DNA of 64,000 nt, taken from NCBI GenBank assembly GCA_041442125.1, contig JASDRC010000030.1, forward strand, positions 20,173-84,172. The letters run 5' to 3'. The position numbers were made by a program, and so were the translations under genes. The notes below the pieces were generated by a model. The model was not told where the DNA came from. It worked only from the letters and a program-made list of their open reading frames with translations, and searched no databases. This stretch comes from Polaromonas sp. GTDB lineage: Bacteria; Pseudomonadota; Gammaproteobacteria; Burkholderiales; Burkholderiaceae_C. How positions within the stretch are numbered: position 1 is the stretch's first letter; every line of letters begins with the position of its first letter. This document shows, one piece after another, positions 26,824 to 37,113 of this stretch.

Positions 26824-28326
26824 TCAGAGTTCGTAGCGGGTGAGGCCTTCAGCCGCCAGTTCCGCCGACTGGTCGATGTCGACCATGCGCACCAAATCGA
26901 GCAGGCTGAAGCGGCCGTCGTGATGCCAGCCGGCCTCGGGTGAAGTCATGGCACCCAAAGCGCAAATGCGCGTGACGCCGGCTTGGCCCAAGGCCTCGCC
27001 CAGCGCCAGCAGTTCTTCAGGCGCAGCGGCCAAACCGACCGTTTGCAAATTGGCCCGCTGCGGCGCAATCAACGCCATCACGTCGTGCAATGAGTCCACC
27101 GCGACCACCAACACGCAGCGGTTCAAGGGGCTGGGCTGCAGCGTGTGCGGCGCCTCCGCGTAGACGACAGTGAAGGCTTGCGTCGCGTCGCCCAGCACGC
27201 GGTGGCCGGCTTGCCGGAGGCTCTCAAATTCGTGCTGTTCCCGCCAGCCAGCGATGCTGGCCGCTTCTTCAAGCGTCAGCGTTCGACGCGCAAATTTGGA
27301 CGCCAGTGCTGCCAGCTCACTGGCCAAGCGTTGCGCAAATTCGAGCGGTTGAACTGGCCCACCGCGCTGCACAAAAAACACCTGCGGCGAATAACAACCT
27401 TGCTGGTCCCAGCGCACCACATCGAGCGCTGCTGCTCGCGCTGTGGCTTGGCCGCGCAGGACTGACAGCGCCGCGTTCGAAACCATGCCAAAACTGAGCT
27501 TGTGGCCGTGCGGCAAGAAACGCGTGGTCACCGGCATCCGGTCTTGCATGGCGCGCAGCGCGGTGTTGCCGCCATAGGCCAGCACCACGTCGGCCTCGGC
27601 GAAGACGCAAGACTCGACTCCGTCGTCGCCGCCTTGCCACCAGACCACGGCAAAGCAGTCGGCCCAGCGTGGCTCGACCTCGGCCAGTAGCCGTGCAAAT
27701 AGGCTGGCAAAAACAGGTTCAGCACTGGCCATTTTGCCGATCGCGCCGGCCTTGACCAGCAAGCCAGAGACAAAACTCCACAAGGGCAGGGCCGGCACAT
27801 TGCCAGACCAAACATGGACCAGCAAATCGGGGCCGATGGCCTTGCTCCAGCCGCCTTTGAGACGGGGCTGGAACTCGTCAAGCAGCTTGGGGTTGGCCAA
27901 GTCTTCGGCGACAAAGCGCTGCAGTTGCAGCCCGCGAAAAGTTTGCAGGTAGCTGTGCAAGCTGAGCCGCACCATGGCCGCATCAAAGCCGGTAGCGCGC
28001 GGCAACAGGCGTTCGAGCGCTTGACGGTAGGGGTCTTGCGTATCCAACAAGCGCGCGATGGCGCTGTCGATGCTGCGGACGATGTCCGAGACCAGTAAGG
28101 ACTTCAAATGCACTCGGCTGGCGTGTCGAACACGGCTGGCGAGGGTCTTGAATTGCTCGGGGCTGAGCACTGGCACGTCCACGCTCAAGGAATCGTTTGG
28201 CGTGCCCAGTTGCAGCCGCTGCCAACGCACTTCGTCGTCCCGCAAGCCGGGCAAATAACCCGCTTTGAATACATCGGCATTGAAGACTTCAGCGGTGACG
28301 GCTTCATTGCTGCCGTGGCGGGTCAT
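26824..28326 (-). CDS. LuxC-like acyl-protein/acyl-CoA reductase
   Basis: HVWSGNVP, ADVVLAYGG, HGHKLSFG, WDQQGCYSPQ (candidate catalytic Cys), GVTRICALG, WHHDG. Confidence 0.88.
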   Translation of the reverse strand: MTRHGSNEAVTAEVFNADVFKAGYLPGLRDDEVRWQRLQLGTPNDSLSVDVPVLSPEQFKTLASRVRHASRVHLKSLLVSDIVRSIDSAIARLLDTQDPYRQALERLLPRATGFDAAMVRLSLHSYLQTFRGLQLQRFVAEDLANPKLLDEFQPRLKGGWSKAIGPDLLVHVWSGNVPALPLWSFVSGLLVKAGAIGKMASAEPVFASLFARLLAEVEPRWADCFAVVWWQGGDDGVESCVFAEADVVLAYGGNTALRAMQDRMPVTTRFLPHGHKLSFGMVSNAALSVLRGQATARAAALDVVRWDQQGCYSPQVFFVQRGGPVQPLEFAQRLASELAALASKFARRTLTLEEAASIAGWREQHEFESLRQAGHRVLGDATQAFTVVYAEAPHTLQPSPLNRCVLVVAVDSLHDVMALIAPQRANLQTVGLAAAPEELLALGEALGQAGVTRICALGAMTSPEAGWHHDGRFSLLDLVRMVDIDQSAELAAEGLTRYEL

Positions 28327-29399
28327 CCGCGTGCCGCTTTCAGAAAGTCTTCAACCGCCAGCGAGCAACCCTTGGCTTGGGCGCCCTGCGCCCGGCCGAG
28401 CAAGACAAAACCGTCGTCGGTGGCCACGCCGACATCCTCGGTCAAGATGGTCACGACGGAGTTGACATTGGCCAGGTCGGTGTGCGCCAAAATTCCGCGT
28501 TCGCCTTGGGCCAGCTCTAGACCCGTCATGGGGTCCAGCACGCGCGAGCGCAGCCAATGCGGCCCGCGTTTGACGGATGGAACACTGGCATTGCCGGCGT
28601 CATAAAACTGCGTGCTCAGCTCGGTCATGCCGTACATGTTGATGCACTGGCGGCGGTCAATGCCGAAGGTGGCCGACAACTGAGCATAAAAATCGTCCAT
28701 CGGAATGTCGCGCGACTGGCCTTTGAAGCCGCCGGTGTCGAGGATTCGGCTGCCCTTGGGCAGGGCAAACGACAGCCCGCGTGCTTGCAGTTCATCCAGC
28801 AGATGGACAAAGCTGTAACTCGCGCCCAACAAGGCAAAGGCTTGATCCGACCGCTCGGCCCTGTGCAAGGCCTCGCACAGCGCGTCGGTGCGCAGACCGT
28901 TCTGGTCTAGGCAGTAGGCGCTGTCAGCGGTGCCAAAATGCTGCATCGCCAAGCCCAGGTAGTGGGCGAGTGAGGAGCTCTGCATCAGCGTTTCGCTTGG
29001 AAATAAAATACCCATCGGCAGGCGTGCGTCGCCTTGCATGAAGTGTTGGCTGAAGTGGCGCAGCATGGACGCGTCATAGACCGCCAAGTTTGGATGGTGG
29101 TGACGGCCTTTGACCTCGCCGCGGGTCGTGCCGCTGGTCATGAAGACGCGTTCGCAGTCTTCCGCTGGGACGCAACTCAGCGTGAACTCCTTGAAGGCGT
29201 CGATCGGTACGGCCGGGATGTCGCGCCAACTTTTGACCAGCCTGGGGGTTTTACCGCGCAACTGGCAAAAACGCTGGTAAGGCAGGTTGAGCGCGAACTG
29301 CCTTGCAAAAATGCGCAGTGCCAGCGCATTGAACTCTTCATCGCTGACGGCCGGTCGGGCAATGAAAGTCAGCAACTCGCGGGTGATGTCTTCAGACAC
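28323..29399 (-). CDS. LuxE-like acyl-protein synthetase / acid-AMP ligase
   Basis: [55 protein letters not shown] (candidate acyl-acceptor Cys). GTG start at 29399 chosen to avoid a long overlap with fnr. Confidence 0.88.
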   Translation of the reverse strand: MSEDITRELLTFIARPAVSDEEFNALALRIFARQFALNLPYQRFCQLRGKTPRLVKSWRDIPAVPIDAFKEFTLSCVPAEDCERVFMTSGTTRGEVKGRHHHPNLAVYDASMLRHFSQHFMQGDARLPMGILFPSETLMQSSSLAHYLGLAMQHFGTADSAYCLDQNGLRTDALCEALHRAERSDQAFALLGASYSFVHLLDELQARGLSFALPKGSRILDTGGFKGQSRDIPMDDFYAQLSATFGIDRRQCINMYGMTELSTQFYDAGNASVPSVKRGPHWLRSRVLDPMTGLELAQGERGILAHTDLANVNSVVTILTEDVGVATDDGFVLLGRAQGAQAKGCSLAVEDFLKAARG

Positions 29400-30432
29400 C
29401 CAACACCTTGTGCAGTTGGGTGCTGGTGGTGGTGTATTGCAGCTGAATGACCTTGTCCGGAAAGATGATCGGCGCGGCGCCAAATGCGGCCATCACGCAT
29501 TCATGAAAACCACAGACGATCAGTTTTTTCTTGCCGGCATAGGTGTTGATGTCGCCAACCGCAAAAATACCGGGCTCACTGGTCGAAAAAGTCACGGTGT
29601 CGACCGTGAGCTGCTTGCGCTCGATCGCCAGACCCCAGTCGGCAATCGGCCCCAGCTTGGGCGACAGACCCAAAAACACCAGCAGCTTGTCAACTGGCAG
29701 CGCGTGCGTGACGCCCGCGGGGTCTGTGACGTTGGCAGCAGTCAGTCGGCCTTCTTTTTCTTCGTAGCTGGTGACTTGCCCAGCCATGAACTGCATGGCT
29801 TTGGACGCGCACAAAGCTTTTATTTCAGCGATCTTGGTGGGATCTGCTTGAAAGCTGTCGCGGCGATGCACCAAAATTACGCTTTTGGCTTGCATCGGTC
29901 CTGCTTTGGCGAAGCCGATGGCGGTGTCTATGGCTGCATCGCCACCGCCGACGATCACCAAGTCTTGGCCCGCGAAGTCCGCCGGTTGGATGACGCGGTA
30001 AAAAAGTTGCGTGTCGTCAAACTTGTCCAGGCCTTCCAGGCGCAGCAGGCGCGGCTGGAACGCACCAACCCCTGCAGCGATGAAAATCGTCTTGGTTAAA
30101 AAGGCCGTGCCTTTGTTGGTTGTCAGTAAAAAGCGGCCATCGGCCTGCTTGTCAAGCGTGCTGACTTCTTGCCCAAAATGAAAAGTCGCGCCAAAAGGCT
30201 CGATTTGACGCAGCAATGACGCGGTGAGTTCGCGGCCAGTGGTGGCTGGCAGGGCCGGAATATCGTAAATCGGCTTGTCGGGATACAGCTCGATGCATTG
30301 ACCACCGGCGTAAGCCAGCGAGTCAATGACGTGGGTCTTGAGCTCCAGCAGACCCAGCTGAAACACCTGATACAAGCCAACAGGCCCGGCGCCGATGATG
30401 ACGGCGTCGGTTTCAATCACTGCGGGGTTCAC
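29392..30432 (-). CDS. Ferredoxin-NADP+ reductase (TrxR-type)
   Basis: [58 protein letters not shown]. Confidence 0.9.
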   Translation of the reverse strand: MNPAVIETDAVIIGAGPVGLYQVFQLGLLELKTHVIDSLAYAGGQCIELYPDKPIYDIPALPATTGRELTASLLRQIEPFGATFHFGQEVSTLDKQADGRFLLTTNKGTAFLTKTIFIAAGVGAFQPRLLRLEGLDKFDDTQLFYRVIQPADFAGQDLVIVGGGDAAIDTAIGFAKAGPMQAKSVILVHRRDSFQADPTKIAEIKALCASKAMQFMAGQVTSYEEKEGRLTAANVTDPAGVTHALPVDKLLVFLGLSPKLGPIADWGLAIERKQLTVDTVTFSTSEPGIFAVGDINTYAGKKKLIVCGFHECVMAAFGAAPIIFPDKVIQLQYTTTSTQLHKVLGV

Positions 30433-30451
30433 GGGGTCGGCCGCTAAAAAA

Positions 30452-30781
30452 TCAGCGAACGAGTTCGCTGAGCTTGCCCGTTTTGTCTTTCCAGTCGTCA
30501 GCGTCTGGCAAAGCTGGTTTGCGCTTGGTGATGCTCTTCCAACCGGTCTGGGTCGACAACTCTAAGTTGATCTTGATGAAGTCGAGCTGGTCTGCGGGCA
30601 AGTCTTCTTCCGCATAAATCGCGTTGACCGGGCACTCAGGAATGCAGACGGCGCAGTCGATGCACTCGTCCGGCTCGATCACCAACATGTTGGGGCCTTC
30701 GCGAAAGCAGTCGACAGGGCACACATCCACACAGTCGGTGTACTTGCAGCGGATACAGGATTCAGAAACGACGTGTGTCAT
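30452..30781 (-). CDS. fdxA: 7Fe-type ferredoxin
   Basis: [35 protein letters not shown]. Confidence 0.95.
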   Translation of the reverse strand: MTHVVSESCIRCKYTDCVDVCPVDCFREGPNMLVIEPDECIDCAVCIPECPVNAIYAEEDLPADQLDFIKINLELSTQTGWKSITKRKPALPDADDWKDKTGKLSELVR

Positions 30782-30866
30782 GCTTTTTTGGCTCGGTCGG
30801 TAAAACCATAGATTTTAAGATCTTTCTAAGGCGGTGCTGATGGGAGGGATTAAAGACGGCTTTAAT

Positions 30867-32204
30867 CTATTGGGCGGACAGAATCAAAGCGGCTCCGGAG
30901 GTCTTGTGCGAGGCGGTATCGACCAGCACCAGAGAGCCCAGAATGCGCGATTCGGCAAAGGGAATTGCCGCAATCGGCTCTTGCAACGTCAGCTCGACCA
31001 CGCCAATGGCGTTGGCGTCAAGTTGGGTCGCCGTTTGCTCTTCGAGCGTGTTGATATTCACTTGATGAACGATGCGCTTGACCTTGGCCTTGACCCAGCG
31101 GTGACCTTGCAAGGCCCAATACAGGCGGCCAGGCAGCAAAGGTTCGTCGTCCATCCAGGCGACGGTGGCGGTCAGCTCACGTTTGCCGGGTGAGTCGCCA
31201 AAGCCTTTTGTGGCCAACAGGACATCGCCGCGTGAGACGTCGAGTTCGCGGTCCAAGATGATGCCGGCGCTGTGGCCTGCACGCACCGACTTTGGCGAAC
31301 GTGCATGGTCGAGCACCTCGGCCACGACCGCGCTCTTGCCGCTGGGCAAGACGCTGACGCTCTGGCCGACCTGCACCGCGCCGCTGGCAATCCGGCCCCA
31401 AAAAATACGCCGGCCTTGTGAGGTGTCAGCACTTGACGAAAACTTCTCAACCCATTGCACCGGAAAGCTGAAGGGCTGGGCGGTGTCGGCGGGGGTGGCC
31501 GAGAGTTGCTCCAAAATCGCCAGCAAGGCCGGGCCATGGTAGTTGCACCAGCCGGGGTTGGCGTCGACCACGTTGAAGCCAATCAGCGCCGACACCGGCA
31601 CGATGGCCTGGGCGCTGATGCCGGCATGCTCTGTGAATTGCCGCAGCGCGGCGCTGATGTGTTCAAACGCCAGCGCTGGGTCTTCGACGGCGTCGAGCTT
31701 GTTGACGGCAAAGACGATGGACGGCACGCGCAACAATTTCACCAGCAGCGAATGGCGGCGGGTTTGCGACAACAAGTTGGGCAAGGCGGATTGCCAGTCA
31801 AGCTTGGTGGCGTCGACCAGCACCACGGCGGCGTCGGCGCTGGACGCTGCCGTGACCATGTTGCGGGTGTATTGCTCGTGGCCGGGTGCGTCGGCAATGA
31901 TAAATTTGCGGGCCACCGTGTTGAAGTAGCGGTAGGCCACGTCAATCGTGATGCCTTGCTCGCGCTCGGCTTGCAGGCCGTCGGTCAGCAGGGCCAAGTC
32001 GACCTTGCCGCTGCGTTGCACGCTGGCCAGCTGGTCTTGCAGCACGGCGCGGGAGTCGACCAGCAGGCGACCGATCAAGGTGCTCTTGCCGTCGTCGACG
32101 CTGCCGCAGGTGACAAAGCGCAGGGCGGCGCGGGTGTCTTGCTCGGCGTTGGCCGAGGCGGTGTCGGCCACGTCTGGATTGCTGGTTTGAAGAATCGTGC
32201 TCAT
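30867..32204 (-). CDS. cysN: Sulfate adenylyltransferase subunit 1
   Basis: TCGSVDDGKSTLIGRLL, EREQGITIDVAYRYF, DAPGHEQYTRNM, NKLD. Confidence 0.95.
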   Translation of the reverse strand: MSTILQTSNPDVADTASANAEQDTRAALRFVTCGSVDDGKSTLIGRLLVDSRAVLQDQLASVQRSGKVDLALLTDGLQAEREQGITIDVAYRYFNTVARKFIIADAPGHEQYTRNMVTAASSADAAVVLVDATKLDWQSALPNLLSQTRRHSLLVKLLRVPSIVFAVNKLDAVEDPALAFEHISAALRQFTEHAGISAQAIVPVSALIGFNVVDANPGWCNYHGPALLAILEQLSATPADTAQPFSFPVQWVEKFSSSADTSQGRRIFWGRIASGAVQVGQSVSVLPSGKSAVVAEVLDHARSPKSVRAGHSAGIILDRELDVSRGDVLLATKGFGDSPGKRELTATVAWMDDEPLLPGRLYWALQGHRWVKAKVKRIVHQVNINTLEEQTATQLDANAIGVVELTLQEPIAAIPFAESRILGSLVLVDTASHKTSGAALILSAQ

Positions 32205-33160
32205 CAGAAATAACCCTCTTTTTTGCGCTTCTCCATCGAGGCGTCGGAAGTCTTGTCGTCCATGCGGGTGGAGCCGCGTTCACTGACGTCGGCGGTGAGT
32301 GTTTCTAGCACCACTTCGGCGGGATTCATGGCCGGGCTTTCGACCGGGCAGGTGCAGGTGATGTCGCCCAAGGTGCGAAAGCGGACGGTTTTGTCGACCG
32401 CGGTTTCACCGGCTTTCAAGGGCGTGAGCTCGGTCACTGGCACCAGCAGACCTTTGCGTTCCACCACGCTTCGTTGGTGCGCGTAATACAGCGACGGCAG
32501 TTCGATCTGCTCACGCTCGATGTATTGCCAGACGTCGAGTTCCGTCCAGTTGGAAATTGGGAAGACGCGAAAGTGCTCACCCGGCTGCAAGCGTGTGTTG
32601 AAGAGGTTCCACAGCTCAGGCCGTTGGGCTTTGGGCTGCCATTGGCCGAAGGCGTCACGGTGCGAAAAAATCCGCTCTTTGGCCCGGGCTTTCTCTTCGT
32701 CACGGCGGGCGCCGCCAATCAAAGCGTCAAAGCGAAACTCTTCAATCGCCTCCAGCAAGGTGACCGATTGGTGCACGTTGCGCGACTCGCCCGGGTGCGC
32801 CAGCCGAACGGTGCCGCGCTGCATCGAGTCTTCGACGTTGCGGACAATCAAATTGGCGTCCAGCTGCTGTGCTCGGTAGTCCCTGAATGCTGTCACTTCC
32901 GGGAAGTTGTGGCCGGTGTCGATCATCAGCAACGGGTATGGAATATGACCGCCACGGCTGCTGTCGACAAAGGCTTTTTCAGCGCATTTGAGCAGCACCA
33001 GCGAGTCTTTGCCGCCGGAAAACAGCAGGGTTGGGCGCTCGAAAGCGGCGGCGACTTCACGCAAGATGAAGATCGCCTCTTCTTCTAACGCGTCCAGGTG
33101 CGCATTGCTAAGCTGGGTCTTCGATTGACTCAACAGGTGGGCTTCGGCTACAGCGTTCAA
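32204..33160 (-). CDS. cysD: Sulfate adenylyltransferase subunit 2
   Basis: LLFSGGKDS, IDTGHNFPE, GARRDEEKARAKERIFS, FRTLGDITCT. Confidence 0.96.
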   Translation of the reverse strand: MNAVAEAHLLSQSKTQLSNAHLDALEEEAIFILREVAAAFERPTLLFSGGKDSLVLLKCAEKAFVDSSRGGHIPYPLLMIDTGHNFPEVTAFRDYRAQQLDANLIVRNVEDSMQRGTVRLAHPGESRNVHQSVTLLEAIEEFRFDALIGGARRDEEKARAKERIFSHRDAFGQWQPKAQRPELWNLFNTRLQPGEHFRVFPISNWTELDVWQYIEREQIELPSLYYAHQRSVVERKGLLVPVTELTPLKAGETAVDKTVRFRTLGDITCTCPVESPAMNPAEVVLETLTADVSERGSTRMDDKTSDASMEKRKKEGYF

Positions 33161-33966
33161 GCGGAGACCTCTTTGATGGGAATGATGGATGAAATCGTGG
33201 AAATCGTGGAAATAGCGGCGGACTGGCCGTCGGTGCTGTCAGAGACATGCAGGCCGCACTCTTTGGCGCTTTCTTGCTCCCACCACCAGCGGCCGGAGCG
33301 AATGTCTTCGCCCAGCGTGACGGCGCGGGTGCAGGGGGCGCAACCGATGCTCGGGAAAAATTCGTCGTGCAGCGGGTTGTAGAGAATATTGTTGATGGCG
33401 ATGAAGTGCCAAACGTCACCGGCGGTCCAGCGCGCCAGCGGGTTGACTTTGGCCCGTTGGACAGTTTGGCCAGGCTCACCGACCCATTCGTGCTCGATCA
33501 ACTCGACTTCGGCTCTGGCGTTGGACTGCTCGCGGCGCAGGCCGGTCAGCCAGCCTTTTTTGCCGGCCAGCGCGCGACCCAATGGTTCCATCTTGCGGAT
33601 GCCACAGCAGGCTTTGCGCAGTTCGACGCTCTGGTACATGGCTTTGTCACCGTGCGTGCTAACGAATTGAGCAGCGGCTTCGGCCACCGGACGGTAGGCG
33701 TCCACCGGGCGGGCGTAGCGCGCCTCAATGCGGCGAATCATGTCCACCGTCTGCGGGTGCAGCATGCCGGTCTCCAATACGAAAATACGGCAGTCGATGT
33801 GGTGCTCAGCCAGCAAGTGGGTGATGACCATGTCTTCAGCGCCCAAGCTGGAGGCTTGCGTCAAGGGCGAAAATTCTTGCGCCGCACGCTGCAAGAGCGC
33901 GGTGGTTTCGGCCAGCTTGCTGTCGAAATCAGCCGAGGCTTTGGCGTAAAGCGAGACGGCGCTCAT
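33157..33966 (-). CDS. cysH: APS reductase (Fe-S type CysH)
   Basis: CCGIRKMEPL, SIGCAPCT, RSGRWWWE, ECGLH. Confidence 0.94.
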   Translation of the reverse strand: MSAVSLYAKASADFDSKLAETTALLQRAAQEFSPLTQASSLGAEDMVITHLLAEHHIDCRIFVLETGMLHPQTVDMIRRIEARYARPVDAYRPVAEAAAQFVSTHGDKAMYQSVELRKACCGIRKMEPLGRALAGKKGWLTGLRREQSNARAEVELIEHEWVGEPGQTVQRAKVNPLARWTAGDVWHFIAINNILYNPLHDEFFPSIGCAPCTRAVTLGEDIRSGRWWWEQESAKECGLHVSDSTDGQSAAISTISTISSIIPIKEVSA

Positions 33967-34400
33967 GCGCTGGTGCTTTCTGCTTGAGTGTCGGCGACAG
34001 AGAAGTGCGGTTTGATCTGCACCGCATCGCCTTGGTAGCGGCCGACGCCGTAACCCGGGTAACTGGCCAACACACGCTGCGCCACCTCAAGGGGTTGGTC
34101 GGCCCGCAGCACGGCCACGTCAAAGCCACTGCGTTCCATTTGGGCCAGCTGGTCGACCAGCACGTCGCCGGTGGCGCGAATCTCGCCGGTGAATTCACGC
34201 CGGCGGCGCAGCAAGAAAGCCTGGCTGTAGGCGCGGCCATCAGTGAACTTCGGAAAATGCAGGTCAATGCGTTTGACGCCGTCCAGCGGCAAGTCCATTG
34301 GGTCGGCGTCATTGGCGAAAACCACGGTGCCCGGCAGTTCAGCGGCGTCGTCTTGCGTATTGTCTGGGGTGGTGAGTAGTTTCATGGGGTGTTCCTTCAA
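33963..34400 (-). CDS. DUF934 family protein
   Basis: IDLHFPKFTDGRAYSQAFLLR, EIRATGDVLVDQL, GFD. Sits between cysI and cysH. Confidence 0.9.
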   Translation of the reverse strand: MKEHPMKLLTTPDNTQDDAAELPGTVVFANDADPMDLPLDGVKRIDLHFPKFTDGRAYSQAFLLRRRREFTGEIRATGDVLVDQLAQMERSGFDVAVLRADQPLEVAQRVLASYPGYGVGRYQGDAVQIKPHFSVADTQAESTSA

Positions 34401-36202
34401 GCCTGTTCGACCACAGCAAAGCGCGCGTTCTTGGCCGCGGCTTTGTACGGCTCGATGCCGACGCGGCGCAGCGTGGCAATGAAGGTTTCGCCAGACACGC
34501 GCTGTAGGCGATAGGTCTCCAAAACCGCTTCAATCACTTCTGGGACTTCAGACGCCGTGAACGACGGGCCGACGACTTTGCCAGCCAAAGGAGCGCCGCT
34601 CAAAGTTGAGCCGTCAGAGCCGCCCAGCGACACCTGGTACCACTCCAGGCCGTCTTTGTCGACGCCCAAAATGCCGATGTGGCCGCTGTGGTGATGGCCG
34701 CAGGAGTTGATGCAACCGCTGATGTGCAGGTCGATCTCGCCGAGGTCGTGCAACTCGTCCATGTCTTGGTAGCGCTCGGTGATGGCCTCGGCAATCGGGA
34801 TCGAGCGGGCATTCGCCAGCGAGCAAAAGTCGCCGCCGGGGCAGGCGATCATGTCGGTCAGCAGCCGGATGTTCGAGCGCGCAAAGCCGGCTTTGCGGGC
34901 GGCACGCCAAAGCGCTGGCAACTGGTCGAAAGCGACCCAAGGCAGCAGCAAGTTTTGGTCGTGCGTGACGCGCAATTCGCCGGCGCTGAAGGCCTCGGCC
35001 AATTCGGCGGCTTGGTCGAGCTGGTCGGCGGTGGCGTCGCCGGGCGCTTGGCCCAAGCGCTTGAACGACAGGGTGACGGCGCGCAAAGCAGGGTTTTGGT
35101 GTGCGCTGACGTTTTGCTTGAGCCAGCGGCTGTATTCGACGTCGTCTTCAGCTGCGGTATGCACGATATGGGCAACTTGAGCGACGCTGTCTTGGCCATC
35201 GGTGTTCAGCGCCGGTGGCACGAAGCAAGCCGTGACGCGGTCAAGTTCAGCCTGCGTGATGGTGTGCGGGCCACCATCGTGTTCCATGATTTGCAGGTAT
35301 TCGGCTTCGACGTCGTCGATGTAGCGCTGGCCTTCGGCCTTGACCAAAATCTTGATGCGGGCCTTGTAAATATTGTCGCGGCGGCCGTAGCGGTTGTAGA
35401 CGCGGACGATGGCTTCGATGAAGTTCATCACCTGATGCCACGGCAGAAACTCACGGATCACGCTGCCGATGATGGGCGTGCGGCCCATGCCACCGCCGAC
35501 CAACACTTTGAAGCCGAGCTCGCCTTCAGCGTTGCGGATCAGGTGCAGACCGACGTCATGCCAGGCGGTGGCGGCGCGGTCTTCGTGGGCGCCACTGATG
35601 GCGATCTTGAACTTGCGCGGCAAAAAGGCGAACTCTGGGTGCAGTGTGCTCCACTGCCGCAGAATCTCGCCAAACGGCCGCGGATCGGCAATTTCGTCTG
35701 CCGCAATACCGGCGCGTTCGTCGCTGGTGATGTTGCGGATGCAATTGCCGCTGGTCTGGATGCCGTGCATATTGACGCTGGCCAGCAGGTCCATCACGTC
35801 GGCAGACTTGTCGAGCGGAATCCAGTTGTACTGGATGTTCTGGCGCGTCGTGAAGTGGGCGTAGCCAGCGGTCAGTTTGGAGCTGATGGCCAAGCCGCCG
35901 GTCAACACCGGGCCAAGCAAGTCTTGCTTGGCTTGAGCGTCTTTGAACAGCTCGGCGTTCGGCTGGTCGTAGTCGCGGGCAATTGTGGCCAACACGCGGA
36001 CTTGCGCGCTGGAGAGTTCGCCATAAGGCACGGCCACGCGCAACATCGGCGCGTAACGCTGCACGTACCAGCCGTTTTGCAAACGCAGTGGTTTGAATTC
36101 GTCTTCGGACAATGTGCCGGCTTGCCAGCGTGTCAGCTGGTCGCGGAACTGGTCGGCCCGCGCTTGGACGAACTGGCGGTCAAATTCGGTGTATTGGTAC
36201 AT
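34397..36202 (-). CDS. cysI: Sulfite reductase hemoprotein subunit
   Basis: TTRQNIQ, TSGNCIRN, LPRKFKIA, ACPGGDFC, SGCINSCGHH. Confidence 0.93.
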   Translation of the reverse strand: MYQYTEFDRQFVQARADQFRDQLTRWQAGTLSEDEFKPLRLQNGWYVQRYAPMLRVAVPYGELSSAQVRVLATIARDYDQPNAELFKDAQAKQDLLGPVLTGGLAISSKLTAGYAHFTTRQNIQYNWIPLDKSADVMDLLASVNMHGIQTSGNCIRNITSDERAGIAADEIADPRPFGEILRQWSTLHPEFAFLPRKFKIAISGAHEDRAATAWHDVGLHLIRNAEGELGFKVLVGGGMGRTPIIGSVIREFLPWHQVMNFIEAIVRVYNRYGRRDNIYKARIKILVKAEGQRYIDDVEAEYLQIMEHDGGPHTITQAELDRVTACFVPPALNTDGQDSVAQVAHIVHTAAEDDVEYSRWLKQNVSAHQNPALRAVTLSFKRLGQAPGDATADQLDQAAELAEAFSAGELRVTHDQNLLLPWVAFDQLPALWRAARKAGFARSNIRLLTDMIACPGGDFCSLANARSIPIAEAITERYQDMDELHDLGEIDLHISGCINSCGHHHSGHIGILGVDKDGLEWYQVSLGGSDGSTLSGAPLAGKVVGPSFTASEVPEVIEAVLETYRLQRVSGETFIATLRRVGIEPYKAAAKNARFAVVEQA

Positions 36203-36251
36203 AGGTGGATTGAAAAATTTAAAAGAGGTCAGCCGCTGGTAGGCAAGCGGT

Positions 36252-37043
36252 TCAAAGCGTGATCAGTTTGACGCCTGCGTAGGCCAGCAACAAAGACAAA
36301 AGGGAGCGAATGATACGGTCTGGCGTTTTATGCACCAGTTGCGAGCCCAACCAGATGCCTGGCAGCGAGCCCATCAGCAGCAGTCCCAACAACGGCCAGT
36401 CGACCGAGCCGAGCGAGGCATGTCCTAAGCCTGCCACCAGTGTCAAGGGCACAGCGTAAGCGATATCGGCCGCAACAATGCGCGGCAGTGGCAAGAGTGG
36501 GTACAACAAAATCAGCGCCGTGACACCAATCGCACCAGCCCCTACCGAGGTCAGGGTGACCAAGGTGCCAATCACGACGCCAAACAAAACCGGCAGGCTC
36601 CAGTGGCGTGGCCGGGTGGCTTCTTCGAGCTGCTCGCCAGCGATCAGGCGGGGTATTTTTTTACCCTGAATGGCTTTGTACAGGGTGGCCAGCGCTGTGA
36701 ACAGCAGGGCGATGCCGAGTGTCAGCGTCATGGCTTTTTGCACAGCGGGGTTGGCTGGGCCTAAGTTGTGCAAAACATAAAGTGTGATCAGCGCAGCCGG
36801 AATGCTGCCCATGCTGAGGGCCCCGACCAGACGCCAGGGGACGATGCGTTGCCGGGCCAAACTGACCGTGCCGCCCATTTTGGTGAAGGCGGCAAACAGC
36901 AAATCGGTGCCGATGGCCAGATGCGGCTTGATGCCGAAGCCAAAAATCAGCAGCGGCGTCATCAGAGAGCCACCGCCAACGCCGGTCAGGCCGACGATCA
37001 GACCAACGACGAAGCCAGCAAAAATAAACGCTAAATCATGCAT
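36252..37043 (-). CDS. TauE/SafE family sulfite exporter-like membrane protein
   Basis: GLTGVGGGSLMTP, AIGTDL, TSVGAGAIG. Heads the cys operon. Confidence 0.9.
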   Translation of the reverse strand: MHDLAFIFAGFVVGLIVGLTGVGGGSLMTPLLIFGFGIKPHLAIGTDLLFAAFTKMGGTVSLARQRIVPWRLVGALSMGSIPAALITLYVLHNLGPANPAVQKAMTLTLGIALLFTALATLYKAIQGKKIPRLIAGEQLEEATRPRHWSLPVLFGVVIGTLVTLTSVGAGAIGVTALILLYPLLPLPRIVAADIAYAVPLTLVAGLGHASLGSVDWPLLGLLLMGSLPGIWLGSQLVHKTPDRIIRSLLSLLLAYAGVKLITL

Positions 37044-37113
37044 AGTCTATGACTGTAAGAGAACAGCGCTTTAATCCAAACGACAGTTTTCTTCTTCGCT
37101 TATGCGCATAAGC

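Noticed and set aside
26824-29399. Bioluminescence (lux) operon
   Set aside because: Only LuxC- and LuxE-like genes are present. No luxA, luxB, luxD or luxG in the window, and the partners are an ABC importer and an SDR.
34679-36262. 527-aa plus-strand ORF, and similar long antisense ORFs such as 42390-43814 and 53097-54008
   Set aside because: These are opposite-strand shadows of cysI, hrpA and livK, expected in GC-rich coding DNA, with no recognisable motifs.
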